Shown here one piece after another: positions 1-11,419 of a stretch of DNA of 64,000 nucleotides. The first letter of the stretch is position 1; every line of letters begins with the position of its first letter. The position numbers and the translations under genes are program-made. The DNA is taken from the NCBI RefSeq assembly GCF_009834535.1, contig NC_045705.1, forward strand, positions 53,940,001-54,004,000, in the 5' to 3' direction. Origin of the DNA: Camelus ferus. Its lineage: Eukaryota. The notes below the pieces were generated by a model. It worked only from the letters and a program-made list of their open reading frames with translations, did no database searches and was not told where the DNA came from.

Positions 1-203
1 TGCAGCAAGATCTTCTAAAGGAGAAATGCCTCTGAGAGAGAAATTTTAGTGCTTATACTGTGTGTTAATCTTCTTTTTACTAATCTTCTAAATGATTTCC
101 TTGGCAACAGCTTCTCATGACCTGCCTTTCCTTTGACCTGGGTATTGGACAGATGAGTCCTGAGGGACTTGGCAAATTTTCAGAATTATAAAATAAATGA
201 TAA

Positions 204-357
204 GGGGGAGGGTATAGCTCAAGTGGTAGAGTGCATGCTTAGCATGCACAAGGTACTGGGTTCAATCCTCAGTACCTCCTCTAAAAATAAGTAAACCTAA
301 TTACTTCCCCCCCAAAAAATTTTAATAATACAATAATAAACAAAAATTTTTAAATAA
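204..357 (+). mobile_element. tRNA-Ala-derived SINE (camelid Vic-1-like)
   Basis: Head GGGGGAGGGTATAGCTCAAGTGGTAGAG with Pol III A box (215-226) and B box GGTTCAATCC (259-268). It has a tRNA-Ala(AGC)-like TTAGCAT loop, an A-rich tail, and a TSD ATAAAATAA(A/G)TGATA at 188-202 and 358-372. Confidence 0.9.
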
Positions 358-439
358 ATAAAATAAGTGATATTTTGCAGGAAGTAAAATATTCCTAAGA
401 GAATCATCCACATCCCAAAGATTTATTTTTAACAAATCG

Positions 440-1600
440 AGTTTTCATCACTTCAGTTGTTATTCAGAATTATAAGTGCAAACATCCCTCAAAATTCTCT
501 ATGGTAGGTCAGGATTTAAAAATATCTTTCATATTGATTCAGTCTTGGTGGACTGTATATTTCCAGAAACTTATTAAATGTTAACCACTTCATATAAAAA
601 TATAAAAAAACAAATTCCTTCTGTATATAAGAGGGAACTATATTCAATTTGTTGTAATAACCTTTAATGAAAATGAATATATGTGTATATATGCATGACT
701 TGGACGTTATGCTATACACCAGAAATTGACATATCATAACTTAATTGACTATACTTCAATTTAAAAAAAAAAAAGGGAGAAAAAACATTGTTGAGGACAT
801 TACATTGGTTGATGGACCCATGAAGCACAAGATTCCTGGCATCTGAAGCGGTAGTCTCTAGATAATGGTCTCCAGTGGCCTGAGGACTCATTAAAATCTT
901 CATGGTACTGCGATCCATCCTTAAGGAATGAAGACAACCTTTTATGTTATAGGAGACTCTAACGTCTGAGGGGACTCATGACAGGCATTCAAAAGAAAAA
1001 AGTTGCCTTAAAACTTATCCCTGAATAATGAGATACATGAAATCAGAGGAAGTATTGCAGAAAGCCACACCTGAGTTGTAAGACTGTAAGTTCTTCCTCC
1101 AGCTTAACACCTCATGCATTTAAGAGAAGAGAAAGTGATTTTCCTTCTATAAAATGTGGGCATTATGGTTTTTTTCTCTCTCTTTACAATGAATATTATT
1201 CTATGTATTCTAATAATCAAGTACTTATAGATATTGGAAAATATTAATGAAAATATGGGCACAGATAATCTAGGAATTAAGAATGTTGTCAATTCTCTGC
1301 TCCTAGTATAGCTGGCACACAGAAAACAGTACTGGGGAAGCTCTGAAGAACTACAGAGAAGAAGATGCGAAACTCGAGGCAAAGTCCATGATAGTAAAGA
1401 CAGCAAGGCTTGCGAAAAACAGGGGGCTGAAAAAAATGTTATAGGTATATTGATCTCCAGTGCCTGCCAGTGTGATTGGGAAAAATGGAAATAATGTCAC
1501 ATCGACATAATTGTTTATCATTATTGGACTAGGATAGTATTTTAAAAAGCCCCAGAATTTACCAGAAAAATATATGAAAAGTGTATAAATCAAAAGTTCT
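440..1600 (-). pseudogene. Highly decayed olfactory receptor pseudogene, copy 1, interrupted by an L1 fragment at ~530-790
   Basis: Minus-strand remnants occur in OR order across frameshifts: KFWGF (~1565), MDFASSFASSS (cf. [11 protein letters not shown]), HEDFNESSGH at 904-875 (cf. HKAFSTCSSH), and TATAATTCTGAATAACAACTGAAGTGA at 474-448 (resembles YSLRN-EV codons). Spacing fits an OR once the insertion is removed. Confidence 0.55.
530..785 (+). mobile_element. Short L1 insertion: camelid-type 3' end with a small inverted ORF2 tag
   Basis: 576-774 is an L1 3' UTR end (GGGAACTATATTCAA...GACTATACTTCAAT, then poly(A)). The reverse complement of 534-572 resembles L1 ORF2. The insertion is absent from the paralogous block at ~19845-19856. 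Confidence 0.75.
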
Positions 1601-2204
1601 TGACAAAAATTAAAGAGAAAGATTATGCAAAGTATATGTATCCTCATATCCTGGAGGTCTTTGTTCTTGGAGAGGCCTGCCCAGAACTTGGGGTAGGTAC
1701 TGGTAGAGAGAGACATGCTGTTTTGATAAAGCTCCCCTAGAGATTATCTGATATACCTCTTAGTAGATGATCATTCTTGTAGGTCATGTATGATTTCCTT
1801 CTACAGTAAATTGGGGGTAATATCTAGCATGAGAAAATGATAGCCTCGATTTCTTAGACTCTAAGCAGCCAGTCTGGCATTTTCAGACGTTTGCTGATTT
1901 TCACCATCATAAGTTCAATTAAGACAGCATGTAGAAAACTTCTATACATGCATTCACATTGCTAGGTGACAGGATTCTTAAAACCCATTAGAGAGCAGCC
2001 AACTACCTTAGTACAAATAAAATGTATTTCAAATATACCAAAAAATGGATTATGGAGGAATTAGTAAATCTCCCAAAATAATAATCATGAGACTCCTCAT
2101 GCAACGGGACAGGTAAGACCTTAAATGCCATGCTAGGGCACGTGTGGTGAGGGAGGCCTTATAAACAGCTAGCCAAGTGAGTGGGTCTTCGGACTCTCGC
2201 TGCC

Positions 2205-2390
2205 TTGTTGTGTGTATGATACATGTGTACTGACCGGCTGTGTCACCTTTGTCAAGTTAAGTAACTCTCTAAGCCACAGTTTCCTCACCAGAAACATGGT
2301 CATTTTAACAGCACTTATCTCTTAGTATAGCTGTGAGGGTATATGATATAGTATGACTGAAGCATGCAGTGAAGTCTAGAAGTTACTTGA
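2205..2390 (+). mobile_element. MIR SINE
   Basis: Core GCTGTGTCACCTTTGTCAAGTTAAGTAACTCTCTAAGCCACAGTTTCCTCA. A duplicate lies at ~23085-23260. Confidence 0.7.
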
Positions 2391-2399
2391 ATTATCTAG

Positions 2400-2900
2400 T
2401 TTGTAAGCAAAGGGTATCTAAAACATGTTGAAAATGAAGACATGTAGCATGATCATAAATATGGTAGAGGAAAGGTGGCAGGAGGTGAGGGACAGGTCTG
2501 GAAGAGGGAAAAAATAGATGCTGTTGCAAAAATCCACATGAATGATGGAATAGAATGCAGGTGACATTTTTTAGTTAGGATCCTGGAATCTAGAAAATGT
2601 GGACAACGAGAGAGGGTGAGGAATCAAAGTAATTCAAGTTAGGGCATGAAAACTCAATAAAAGTCTGATAAAAGTAAAATAGAGGAGGGGAAACTGAGAC
2701 AGAGGGAAAATCACCTGCAAGGCACAGCAGCATGAAGGATCGTGAAGCGTTTGGAAAAAAGAGGGCACTATTGTCTGGTTTGAGTGTAGGATGGGTAAAG
2801 GGGTGTGGTGGAAACTGAGCCAGGAGCAGTGCCTAGGAATCCTTTTGTGATGAGCATCAAATATCGTGCTGGAGTATTTGGATTTCCTCTGATAAGCAGT
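2400..2900 (-). mobile_element. LINE-2 fragment
   Basis: Purine-rich, L2-antisense-type sequence. A duplicate lies at ~23300-23760. Confidence 0.5.
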
Positions 2901-3499
2901 GTGTATCTATTCACTATTTTTGACACTGTTAGTAACTTAATATAGCCTGTAGTTACAAATCTAACAACAGGTCATATTGTGGTGAATAAAATTAAAATGC
3001 AGGAGACTTATGACTAATAGCCAACTATGGAGGCACCATATACACCCTATGGGAAATAGCAGAGGTAGTAAAATAAGAGGATAAAGATGTTGGCAAACAA
3101 GCCATCTATAATTACGGAAAATGCGGAAGGAGTAAAAAATGGAGTTTGAGGGTGGCTCTCTGATATCTGTAATTAACTCAAATAGGAAATACAGGAGGAA
3201 ACTCTGACGTGTGGAAAAATTTGGCCAGTTTTGTTCTGAAAATCTTGCATTGAATTATTGGAGGTAATTCCAGCCTTGGAAATGTGCCAAAGGAAACTGG
3301 GGATTCTGCTATGGCAGAGGCAGAACACTGAAGAGTCACACAAGGTAAATGATGATTGAAGCATAAGAATGGGAAAAAAAATTTTTAAGAGGTAAATAGC
3401 CTAGGGAACCATCAGTGGTAAGAGTGTGGTCAGATCTCAAAGATAAGCCATATGGGTCCTGGTTGAAGATTGCTGGGGTAGATTATTCCCACCTTAGGT

Positions 3500-3756
3500 T
3501 CTTTGTGTTAGCTCTGAACTGTGCCTGCAATGCTGACTCCCCTGTTCTTTACCTGTTGGTTGCTAACTGACTTTCTGTTCTCCGTTTAAGCATGTTACCT
3601 CCCCAGAAAGGGCTTTCCTGACTCCACAAACCAAAACAGTCATTCACTCTCACATTATCAGATCCTATGTGTCTGGTTACGTATTGTGTTTCCCAAGTAT
3701 AAAATTGCCTGGCCCGTCACATGCATTTAGTCAATATGTATTGAACAAATTCATGA
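3500..3756 (+). mobile_element. LINE-2 3' end
   Basis: Contains CTTTCCTGACTCC and ends ...TCAATATGTATTGAACAAATTCATG, like the L2 terminus. Confidence 0.5.
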
Positions 3757-5134
3757 CTTCTATAGTCACTTAACCACACTTTAACTTACTTTATTGTTTA
3801 TAAAATCACAATGAAAATCCTAAAAACGTAGACTTAAAAGGACTACATGAGTCAGCTCTAACTGCAGCATATTGTCTGGAACATTAAAGGTATATGGTGG
3901 GTGCTGGTCACCTGGCATGACTTCTCTTGTATTCTTTGCCCATAATTACAATGCAAAGAGAAAACAGTAACCCTTCAAGCTTCGATACATTTCTTAGCCC
4001 TATAGAATAACTTCTAGCCAGTGTTTCTCTCTTTCTCTTGCACACTCCTTCATTTTCCTCCACTGATTCCTTACTATTTTTCTTTCCCATCATTTTTTAA
4101 CAGTGTTTGAAGTTAAAAATTGAAATTCTATGGGATTTATTCATATCACATTTCTACCTTCACCACTTATGAGATTGGATGTTTAATGAAAAATTGAAAT
4201 AGAAATATGATTGGCCAAATTGATCAGAGGAATTTGGGTTTATTCCATTGAGGTCTGCACTTCAAAGCAAACCACATAACAAGTACACCTGCTACAAAAT
4301 GTCCTGGAGGTTTTGCTAAAAAAATCCAAAATTTGATTAAAACATTATGACCAGAATATGCCATTCTAAATGAAATGGTATCTTCAAAATTATTTTAACT
4401 CAATGCTAGTCCATTAATATATTAGGCATTTGAAAAAAGACCTTCAATGAGAAATTAAGAACTTATAATTATTGATATGTATTAAGAACTAATGATATTT
4501 TAAATCTCAAGCTTTAATTATTACCATGGATAGGAACCCAGTACAAGTTACATGTTAAATTCATTTGTGTGGTCAGGTCATGGCCACAGTTATTACTTTT
4601 GGAGCCACTGCAGGGTGAAACACTGATAAAAAGAAGATTTCATTGAAGGAAAAGTCAAAGCTCTTTTGGAAAATTTCACTGATCTGCCTAATTTTTTTAA
4701 AAAATGTTATATTTATTTTAAGTGATTGGATTATTTTATTCATTCAGTCAGTAGTTTATGAAATACCCCTAAGTACCAGGTTACCATTTTGTCTCAAAGA
4801 GGATTTGAAAAATGTAGCATCACAAAATCCAGTGGGTGAGAACAAAGCAAATTTATTCATGTTTCCCTCTTACATGCAGATGCTGATTGGAAAAGAGAGA
4901 AATAAGAATGCTTTTGTGAGTATAATCCAAGGAGATATTTGGGCCGACTGTATGTCATTTATATAGATTTTCATACCAGAATCATTCTCCTCACTCTGAT
5001 TCCTGAACTTGACTTCAGTCAAGTGCACTTAGCATTAATTTCTTAGGCTTTCCCATGAAGAGCTGCCTTCAACTTCCCAGGGCCCTTTTATTAAAGTCTT
5101 GGTGACATTGGTACATAAGGATATTTTATAACCA

Positions 5135-5155
5135 TCTCAGAGTCTTAACTTCAGG
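5135..5155 (+). promoter_or_regulatory. Putative splice acceptor of the OR10 coding exon
   Basis: TCTTAACTTCAG|GAACC, with the exon starting at 5155, 44 nt before the ATG. ORs typically have 5' non-coding exons. Confidence 0.45.
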
Positions 5156-5198
5156 AACCCTGCACATTTGGAAGAGAGTTGCCGCGTGCACCAGGAGG

Positions 5199-6164
5199 AT
5201 GGGCAATCACACCACAGTGAGCACCTTCATTCTGTGGGGATTTTCCAGTTTCCCAGACCTGCAGATTCTCCTCTTTGTGATGATTTTCTTCTCCCATGCG
5301 ACCATCCTCACTGCAAATGTGTCCATAATGGTGGCCATCAGGCTCACTCGCCACCTGCACACCCCCATGTACTTTTTCCTCTGTAGTCTGGCCTTTTCAG
5401 AAACCTGTACCACTATGGTAATCATCCCCCGCATGTTAGTGGATTTACTATCAGATAGTAAGACCATCTCTCTTCCTGAGTGTGCCACACAGATGTTCTT
5501 CTTCTTTGGCTTGTCAAGCAGTAACTGCTTCATCATGGCTGCCATGTCCTATGACCGTTACACTGCTATTCACAGCCCGCTGCACTACCCCGTCTTGATG
5601 ACCCGGAAGATCTGCTTTCAGCTGATGACGGCCTCCTGGGTGGTTGGGTGTCTGGTTTCTCTGTGCATCGTCATCATGGTATTCAACTTGTCTTTCTGTG
5701 ACTCCAACATCATCCAGCACTTCTTTTGCGACATCTCACCTGTGGTCTGCCTGGCTTGTGACTATACGCCCTATCATGAAATGGCTATATTTATGCTCTC
5801 TGCCTTTGTGCTGGTGGGCAGCTTTATTTTAATTATGATTTCCTATGTCTTCATTGGGTCCATCATTATGAAGATGCCTTCTGCCAAGGGGAGGTATAAG
5901 GCCTTCTCAACTTGCTCCTCCCACCTCACTGTGGTGTGCATGCACTACGGATTTGCTGGTTTTATCTACTTGAGGCCCAAGGACAGTGGCTCATTCGGGG
6001 AAGATATGCTGAGGGCTGTGACCTACACAGTGCTGACACCTCTGCTTAATCCCATTGTTTACAGTCTAAGAAACGAAGAAATGCAGATAGCCTTAAGGAA
6101 GGTACTAGACAGTACACACAGGTTCATCCCTCAGATGGTAAATAAACGGACCCTGAACATTTAA
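5199..6164 (+). CDS. Olfactory receptor, family 10 (OR10AB-like), intact, 321 aa
   Basis: N-glycosylation site NHT, LHTPMYFFL, MSYDRYTAI, HFFCD, KAFSTCSSHL and PLLNPIVYSLRN; seven hydrophobic segments. The subfamily is inferred from recall and from its position next to OR5P genes, as at human 11p15.4. Confidence 0.95.
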   Translation: MGNHTTVSTFILWGFSSFPDLQILLFVMIFFSHATILTANVSIMVAIRLTRHLHTPMYFFLCSLAFSETCTTMVIIPRMLVDLLSDSKTISLPECATQMFFFFGLSSSNCFIMAAMSYDRYTAIHSPLHYPVLMTRKICFQLMTASWVVGCLVSLCIVIMVFNLSFCDSNIIQHFFCDISPVVCLACDYTPYHEMAIFMLSAFVLVGSFILIMISYVFIGSIIMKMPSAKGRYKAFSTCSSHLTVVCMHYGFAGFIYLRPKDSGSFGEDMLRAVTYTVLTPLLNPIVYSLRNEEMQIALRKVLDSTHRFIPQMVNKRTLNI

Positions 6165-6363
6165 AAATTACAGATTGCTGGAAAATGAAAGTGGAAAAAG
6201 TGGAGTACTTTTGATAAAAATCATCACTTTGTGTACAAAGCATTTAAAGTATTACTGAATTACCTGATATACCTGTACTTGGGATACAGTTTTAAAATAG
6301 TTTAAAATATATGTATGTGTGCATGATTCAAAACATGTTTGTAACACAGTATTTTCATGATAG

Positions 6364-8150
6364 TAGCTGGATGAATCTTTATGTCTATGGATTTTAGTTT
6401 TAGTGTCAATTCCCAGAAGTTTTTGACTAACCCTATATCTTGACTATTCTCTCCTACTTTTTCTAAGGGTTTATAGCTTATAGTTCTATATTTCACATTG
6501 CCCTTCCTGATCTACTTTGAGTAAATTCTCATACCAGGTCTGATGTTTAGGTTGAGGTAGTTCCACCCTCCATGGATATCCAATTGCTCTAGAACCCTTT
6601 GCTGAAAAACCTTCCTTCTTTCATTGGATTGCTTCTGCATCTTAAAAAAAAAAAAAAAGTTTGGCATACTTGTAGGTCTTTCTCAAGGTTTTCTAGTCAG
6701 TTTCATTGATCTATGTACCTATTCTTCTACCAGTACCGCAGTGGCCTGATGACTGAAGCTTTATAATAAGTCTTAATGTCAGGTAGAGTGATTTCTCCTA
6801 CTTCATTCTTTTCTTTCAAAAATTTTAAATATATCTAAGACCTTTTTCTTTAGTAACATAAACAATCAGTGCTGTAAATTTCCCTCTCAACACTGCTTTA
6901 ACTGAATCTCACATTTTTGGTATGCTTTTATTTTTTTCATTTTGTTCTATATTTTAAATTACTGGAGTTCCAAGTTTTCTTTTTTATCATTTACATTCTG
7001 TTTAGAGAATTTCCTTTAGCCATTTCTTAAAAGTAGATTTGTTGGGAAAAAAATTCTTTAAGCGTTCCTTCATCTGAAATGTTCACTTTCATTTCTGGAA
7101 ACTATTTCTGCAAATTAGAATTTATGTTTGACTGTTCCTTAGTTTTTGGACTTGAAAAATATGCTACTACCTTCTGGCCTTCATGGTTTCAGGTGAGAAA
7201 TTTTGTCTTTCATATTGCTTTTTATAATAAGTAATGTGTACTTCCTTCTTAAATGCTTGTAAGATTTTTCTTTCTGTTTAATTTTCAGAACTTTCTATGT
7301 GTCTCTTATAAATTTCTTTGGGTTTATCCTGTTTGAGGTTTGCTCAGCCTCCTGCATCTATAGCTCTATGTCTTTCATGAAATTTAGAAATTTATCAGAC
7401 TTCATGTCTTTAAGTATTAGTACTTCTTTCTTTCCCCTCTCTTTCTGAGATTCCCAAAATGTGAATGTTAACTGGTTATTTTCTTATAGATCCATGTAGA
7501 TCTGATTTTTTCCCCCAAATCTATTTTCTTTTTGTTTAGATCAGTTATTTCTATTCTTCCTTATTCAAGTTCACTGGATCTATCATCTGTCATCTCCACT
7601 AGACTATTGAGCCCATCCTGCAAGTTGTTTGATTTTTTTTAAACTTCAGTGTTTGTATTTTTTCAGTTATATCATGTTCACATTATTATTTTTTATAATT
7701 TCTATTTTTTGCTGAAATTTTCTATTCTTTTTCATTTGTCTCAAGAGAATTAATAATTGCTTGTTGAAGCATTTGTTTAGTGGCTATTTTAAATCCTTGC
7801 CAGATGATTTCAGCATCTGATTTATCTTGAGGTTGACATATACTGCTTTATCTCATTGAAGTTTTTATTTTTATGGTTCTTGGTATGATAAATGATTTTG
7901 TATTATATTGTAGACATTTCGGATATTATATTAAGAGGCTCTGGATCATGTTCCATCACTTTTTAGGAAGAAGTCCCCTTATTGAGGTGTTGCTGTAACA
8001 ACTAGGCCAGTACATACGTTTAGCTTCCTGCTGAGAACTACCGACACAGCTTTGGCAAAAATGGAGTGCTGACTGGCCTTGCCTCCTTGCCTATGAATGA
8101 GGTAAAGGTTCAGCTCCCTTTCTGTCCTGTTGTCTCTTTCCGAGTGACAG
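6364..8150 (-). mobile_element. Old LINE-1 fragments (ORF2 and more 5' parts)
   Basis: T-rich L1-antisense text, e.g. CATTGATCTATGTACCTATTCTTCTACCAGTACC and AGTCTTAATGTCAGGTAGAGTG. Confidence 0.75.
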
Positions 8151-8159
8151 TGTATCACC

Positions 8160-8480
8160 AAGTTGCATTCATTTGTTCTTTCAAACAATCAAAAATTATG
8201 TTGAGTTATTCTTGTATTACATAGGCAGTTGGAAATATAAGTAACAAGCATCCAGTATCTCTGCCTTCATAGGATTTATCTTACACCACAGGAGATATGA
8301 TAAAACTAACAAGTTAGTTAGTAATTCAGGCTATTCGAAGGGGATAGTGCTATAGAGAAAGAAAAAGCAGAAAGAGTAACGGAGGTTAACGTGCCAGGGC
8401 AGGAAGTGTTGGTGCAGGCCTCATTAGGAAGTTAACATCTGAGCAAAGGTGCAGTAGGTGAGGACTCTTCCTGTCAAATA
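8160..8480 (-). mobile_element. LINE-2 3' end
   Basis: Begins TTCATTTGTTCTTTCAAAC and contains CTCTGCCTTCATAGG. Confidence 0.5.
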
Positions 8481-8546
8481 TAGTGTTAGCTGTGTACATT
8501 TGTGCAAGTCTGATCTTCTATTCACATTCATATAATTTGCCTTTAA

Positions 8547-9675
8547 GGCTTTTGTTCCAATTATGGCAGGTTCGGTAATTTGTATCCCTTGGTGAGCACA
8601 ACCAAAACAGATGATAAAATGTTCAAGTTATCTTAAATATCACATTAGATGTTATAGGATAATACAGAATTGCTTCCTAAGGAACTGTGAGAACTCAGAG
8701 TAGTAAACCTAACATTCACAAATGATTCAGTAATGAGAGAATTTGGCCAGAAAGGAGTGTTATTACTAAACTGGGCTTGGATCTAGTTAGTGTATTTTGG
8801 GATGGGAGAAGAATGACTCAAAGCCTAGGACATGTCCAAATGATCATGCTGATTGATACAACTCACATATGTCGTCAGGATAAGTAGAAACCTGTACTGA
8901 CCAGGTTTTGCATAGATGTGTAGCTCTGGAGATCTAGAGAGTCTCAAGCCTTGAACTTGGAGATAAGATGGTCAAGGACAGACTGTGCCTTAGGGTGAAC
9001 CGAATAAGGAAACAAACAACTCAAGCTTCAATGATTCCCACCAAAATTATTAAAATACAATAACCCACACACAGTGAAAAATGATGGCCAGCACAAAGGA
9101 AACAAGATACCAAAAATATCGTGGGAGCCAGTGGAAACAACAGACAACAGAAATATAATCATTAAGATTTAAGATATGGGGATTAATAGACTATAATAGT
9201 AGTTTATTTAAAAGGAAAAAAGACAATTTGAAAAAATATATAATCACCAAAACCCCAAAATAATCACTAAATAGTACGCAAAACAACTATATGGAACTTC
9301 GTAAGTGAGAAGTTCATCATGCCAGCGTGTGTACCATGCATTTCTCTTTGGCAAACATAATCCTCACAGGTCTTTACATTGGATCCCAAGAGACAGCACA
9401 GGCAGAGGAGCCATCCTATCTGAGAAGCTTCAAGATCATAACTGAGACCATTGTATCTCATAATCAGGGTCCCTGCAAGCATTTTTTCCAGTTATCACAA
9501 TCACTGCACTCAGGGAAGCAAGATAATATGAAGAATATATTTATTCTTTACATCCTCCCAGTCCAGATGCATTTTGCAATTGAAGAATCATTTTTTTTTA
9601 TGATCAATGTTGCCTGTAACACAGCTGACATTCCAATTTTATCAGGATTTAGAGGAAAGTTCACAAAGGTTAACT
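8547..9675 (+). repeat. Left arm of ~1.1 kb inverted duplication (outer part resembles an old L1 5' region)
   Basis: Collinear with the reverse complement of 12847-13991. The ORF track shows near-identical peptides on opposite strands (9267-9482 minus vs 13004-13276 plus). Confidence 0.95.
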
Positions 9676-9679
9676 TGAA

Positions 9680-11090
9680 ACTAGGAAACCACAATCACAA
9701 TCAAGTAAAAGTACATTTCTATTAACTCCCAGTGATTCCTTCTGCCCCTTGGCAATCCATTTTCCTCTGTGCCCCTGGCTAAAGGCAACTACTAATTTGC
9801 TTTTCAGTTATACAGATTAGTTTTCTTTTTCTGTAAATTTATAAAATGCAAGTCATAGAGTATGTGCTCTGTTGTAAATGACTTCTTTCCCTCAGCATAA
9901 TTGTTTTGAGATTCATTATAATGTAGATTAGCAGTTTATTTCTTTTTATTTGCAAATAGTATTGCATTGAATAGATGTACCAGTTATTTTGATCCCCTCA
10001 CCAGTTGGTGGGAGTTGTTTTCAGTTTCCAGCTGTTGTGAATGAAACTGCTATGAACACTTGAGTTATTTCTGTGTGGATATATTTTCCCATTTGTCTTA
10101 GATAATTACAGTGAGATTGCTGGAGATACGGTGTTTATTTTTAAGAAACTCAAAACAATTTGCCAAAGTGAATATATTTATTGTTTTATGTTCCCATTTG
10201 CAATGTTGAGAATTCTAATTGTTTCAAAATCTTGCCCACATTGAGTATTATTTGTCTTTAAATTTACCATTTAATGGGTGTGTAGTGGTATCTGCCCATG
10301 CTTTTAGTTTGAATTTTGATATAGTCCAATTTCTTAATCTTTTAATTTATGCATTTGCTTTTGGTGTTGTCTAAGAACTCTTCACCTAACCCTCGTTACG
10401 AATAGTTCTTCTGTTTTCTTCTGAAAGGTCTTATACGTCACATTTTGGTTAGTGATCCATTTTGAGTGTATTTTTGTATAAGACGTGAGGTTTAGGTTTG
10501 TGTATTTAGTTTGTTTGTTTTTGCCTATGAAAGTCGAATTATTACAACACCATATTTTGAAAAGACTATCCTTTCTCTAGTGAATTGCTTTTTCACCTTT
10601 GTTTAAAATCAGTTGGCTATATGTGTGTGGACCTATTTCTGCATTCTATTCTGCTTCATTGATCTATTTGTTCACCACGCCCAGTACACTAGTAGTACAC
10701 TGTCTTGACAACTGTTGATATGTAGTGAGTCTTAAATTCAGATTGTGTCATTCCTTTTTTTAAAAAAAAAAAATTGGGGAAAAAGAATTGGGGGCATTCC
10801 TTTGCCTTCCATTTAAATTTAAAATTAGATTGTAGCAATAAAAAATCATGTTGGAATTTTCATAATAATTGCATTAAACCTACGGATCAATCGGGGAAGA
10901 ACTGATATCTTTATTGTTGAGCCATCAAGTTCATGGACATGCTACTCCTCTCCACTTACTGAGATCTTTGATTTTTTTCATTAGCATTTTATAGTTTTCA
11001 GCATGAAGTCTTTCACTATTAGGTACAATATTAGTTGAGTGATTTGCTCCAAACTTCAGAGCAAGAGTAGGATATGGACTGTCATTCACC
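9680..11090 (-). mobile_element. Old LINE-1 (L1M-type) 3' UTR/ORF2 fragments
   Basis: CAGCATAATTGTTTTGAGATTCATT, GTGTAGTGGTATCT and GAAAAGACTATCCTTTCTCTAGTGAATTG. Confidence 0.75.
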
Positions 11091-11149
11091 ATCCCTCCTT
11101 TTTAAACATTGTTTCAGGTACTGGCTAGAACCACAGAAAATAAAAATAA

Positions 11150-11400
11150 AACCAAAACCTGAAAGTGTACATAACCTGGGGACCCATAACTTGCAATTGG
11201 TGTCTGAAAGGAGGGCTGCCTTTTGGAACTGAGCCCTTAAACCTGTGAAGTCTGACACTACCTTCAGGTAGTTAGTATCACAACTGAATTAAAGAATAGG
11301 GCATCAAATTGATGTCCAGGTATTTAGAACATATTAGTTTTCCATGTGGTTGGTATGGAGGGCAAAAATACCACTTTTGGTGTCAGAAGTTTTGTGATTA
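11150..11400 (+). mobile_element. MER21-like ERVL LTR fragment
   Basis: AACCTGGGGACCCATAACTTGCAATTGGTGTCTGAA...ACTGAGCCCTTAAACCTGTG...TGGTGTCAGAAGT matches my recall of MER21. Confidence 0.65.
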
Positions 11401-11419
11401 GAGAAAAAGTTTTCCTTTA

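Noticed and set aside
204-281. tRNA-Ala(AGC) gene
   Set aside because: The anticodon stem pairs only 3/5 and the acceptor stem has a mismatch. The head is followed by a SINE body, A-rich tail and TSD, so it is a SINE.
9290-9640. Possible OR remnant in the inner part of the inverted arms (ETISGS...DTSE...MAS...HY in the 13004-13276 copy)
   Set aside because: The motif spacing needs several ad hoc deletions and there is no DRY, KAFSTC or YSLRN trace. It remains unsupported without a profile search.
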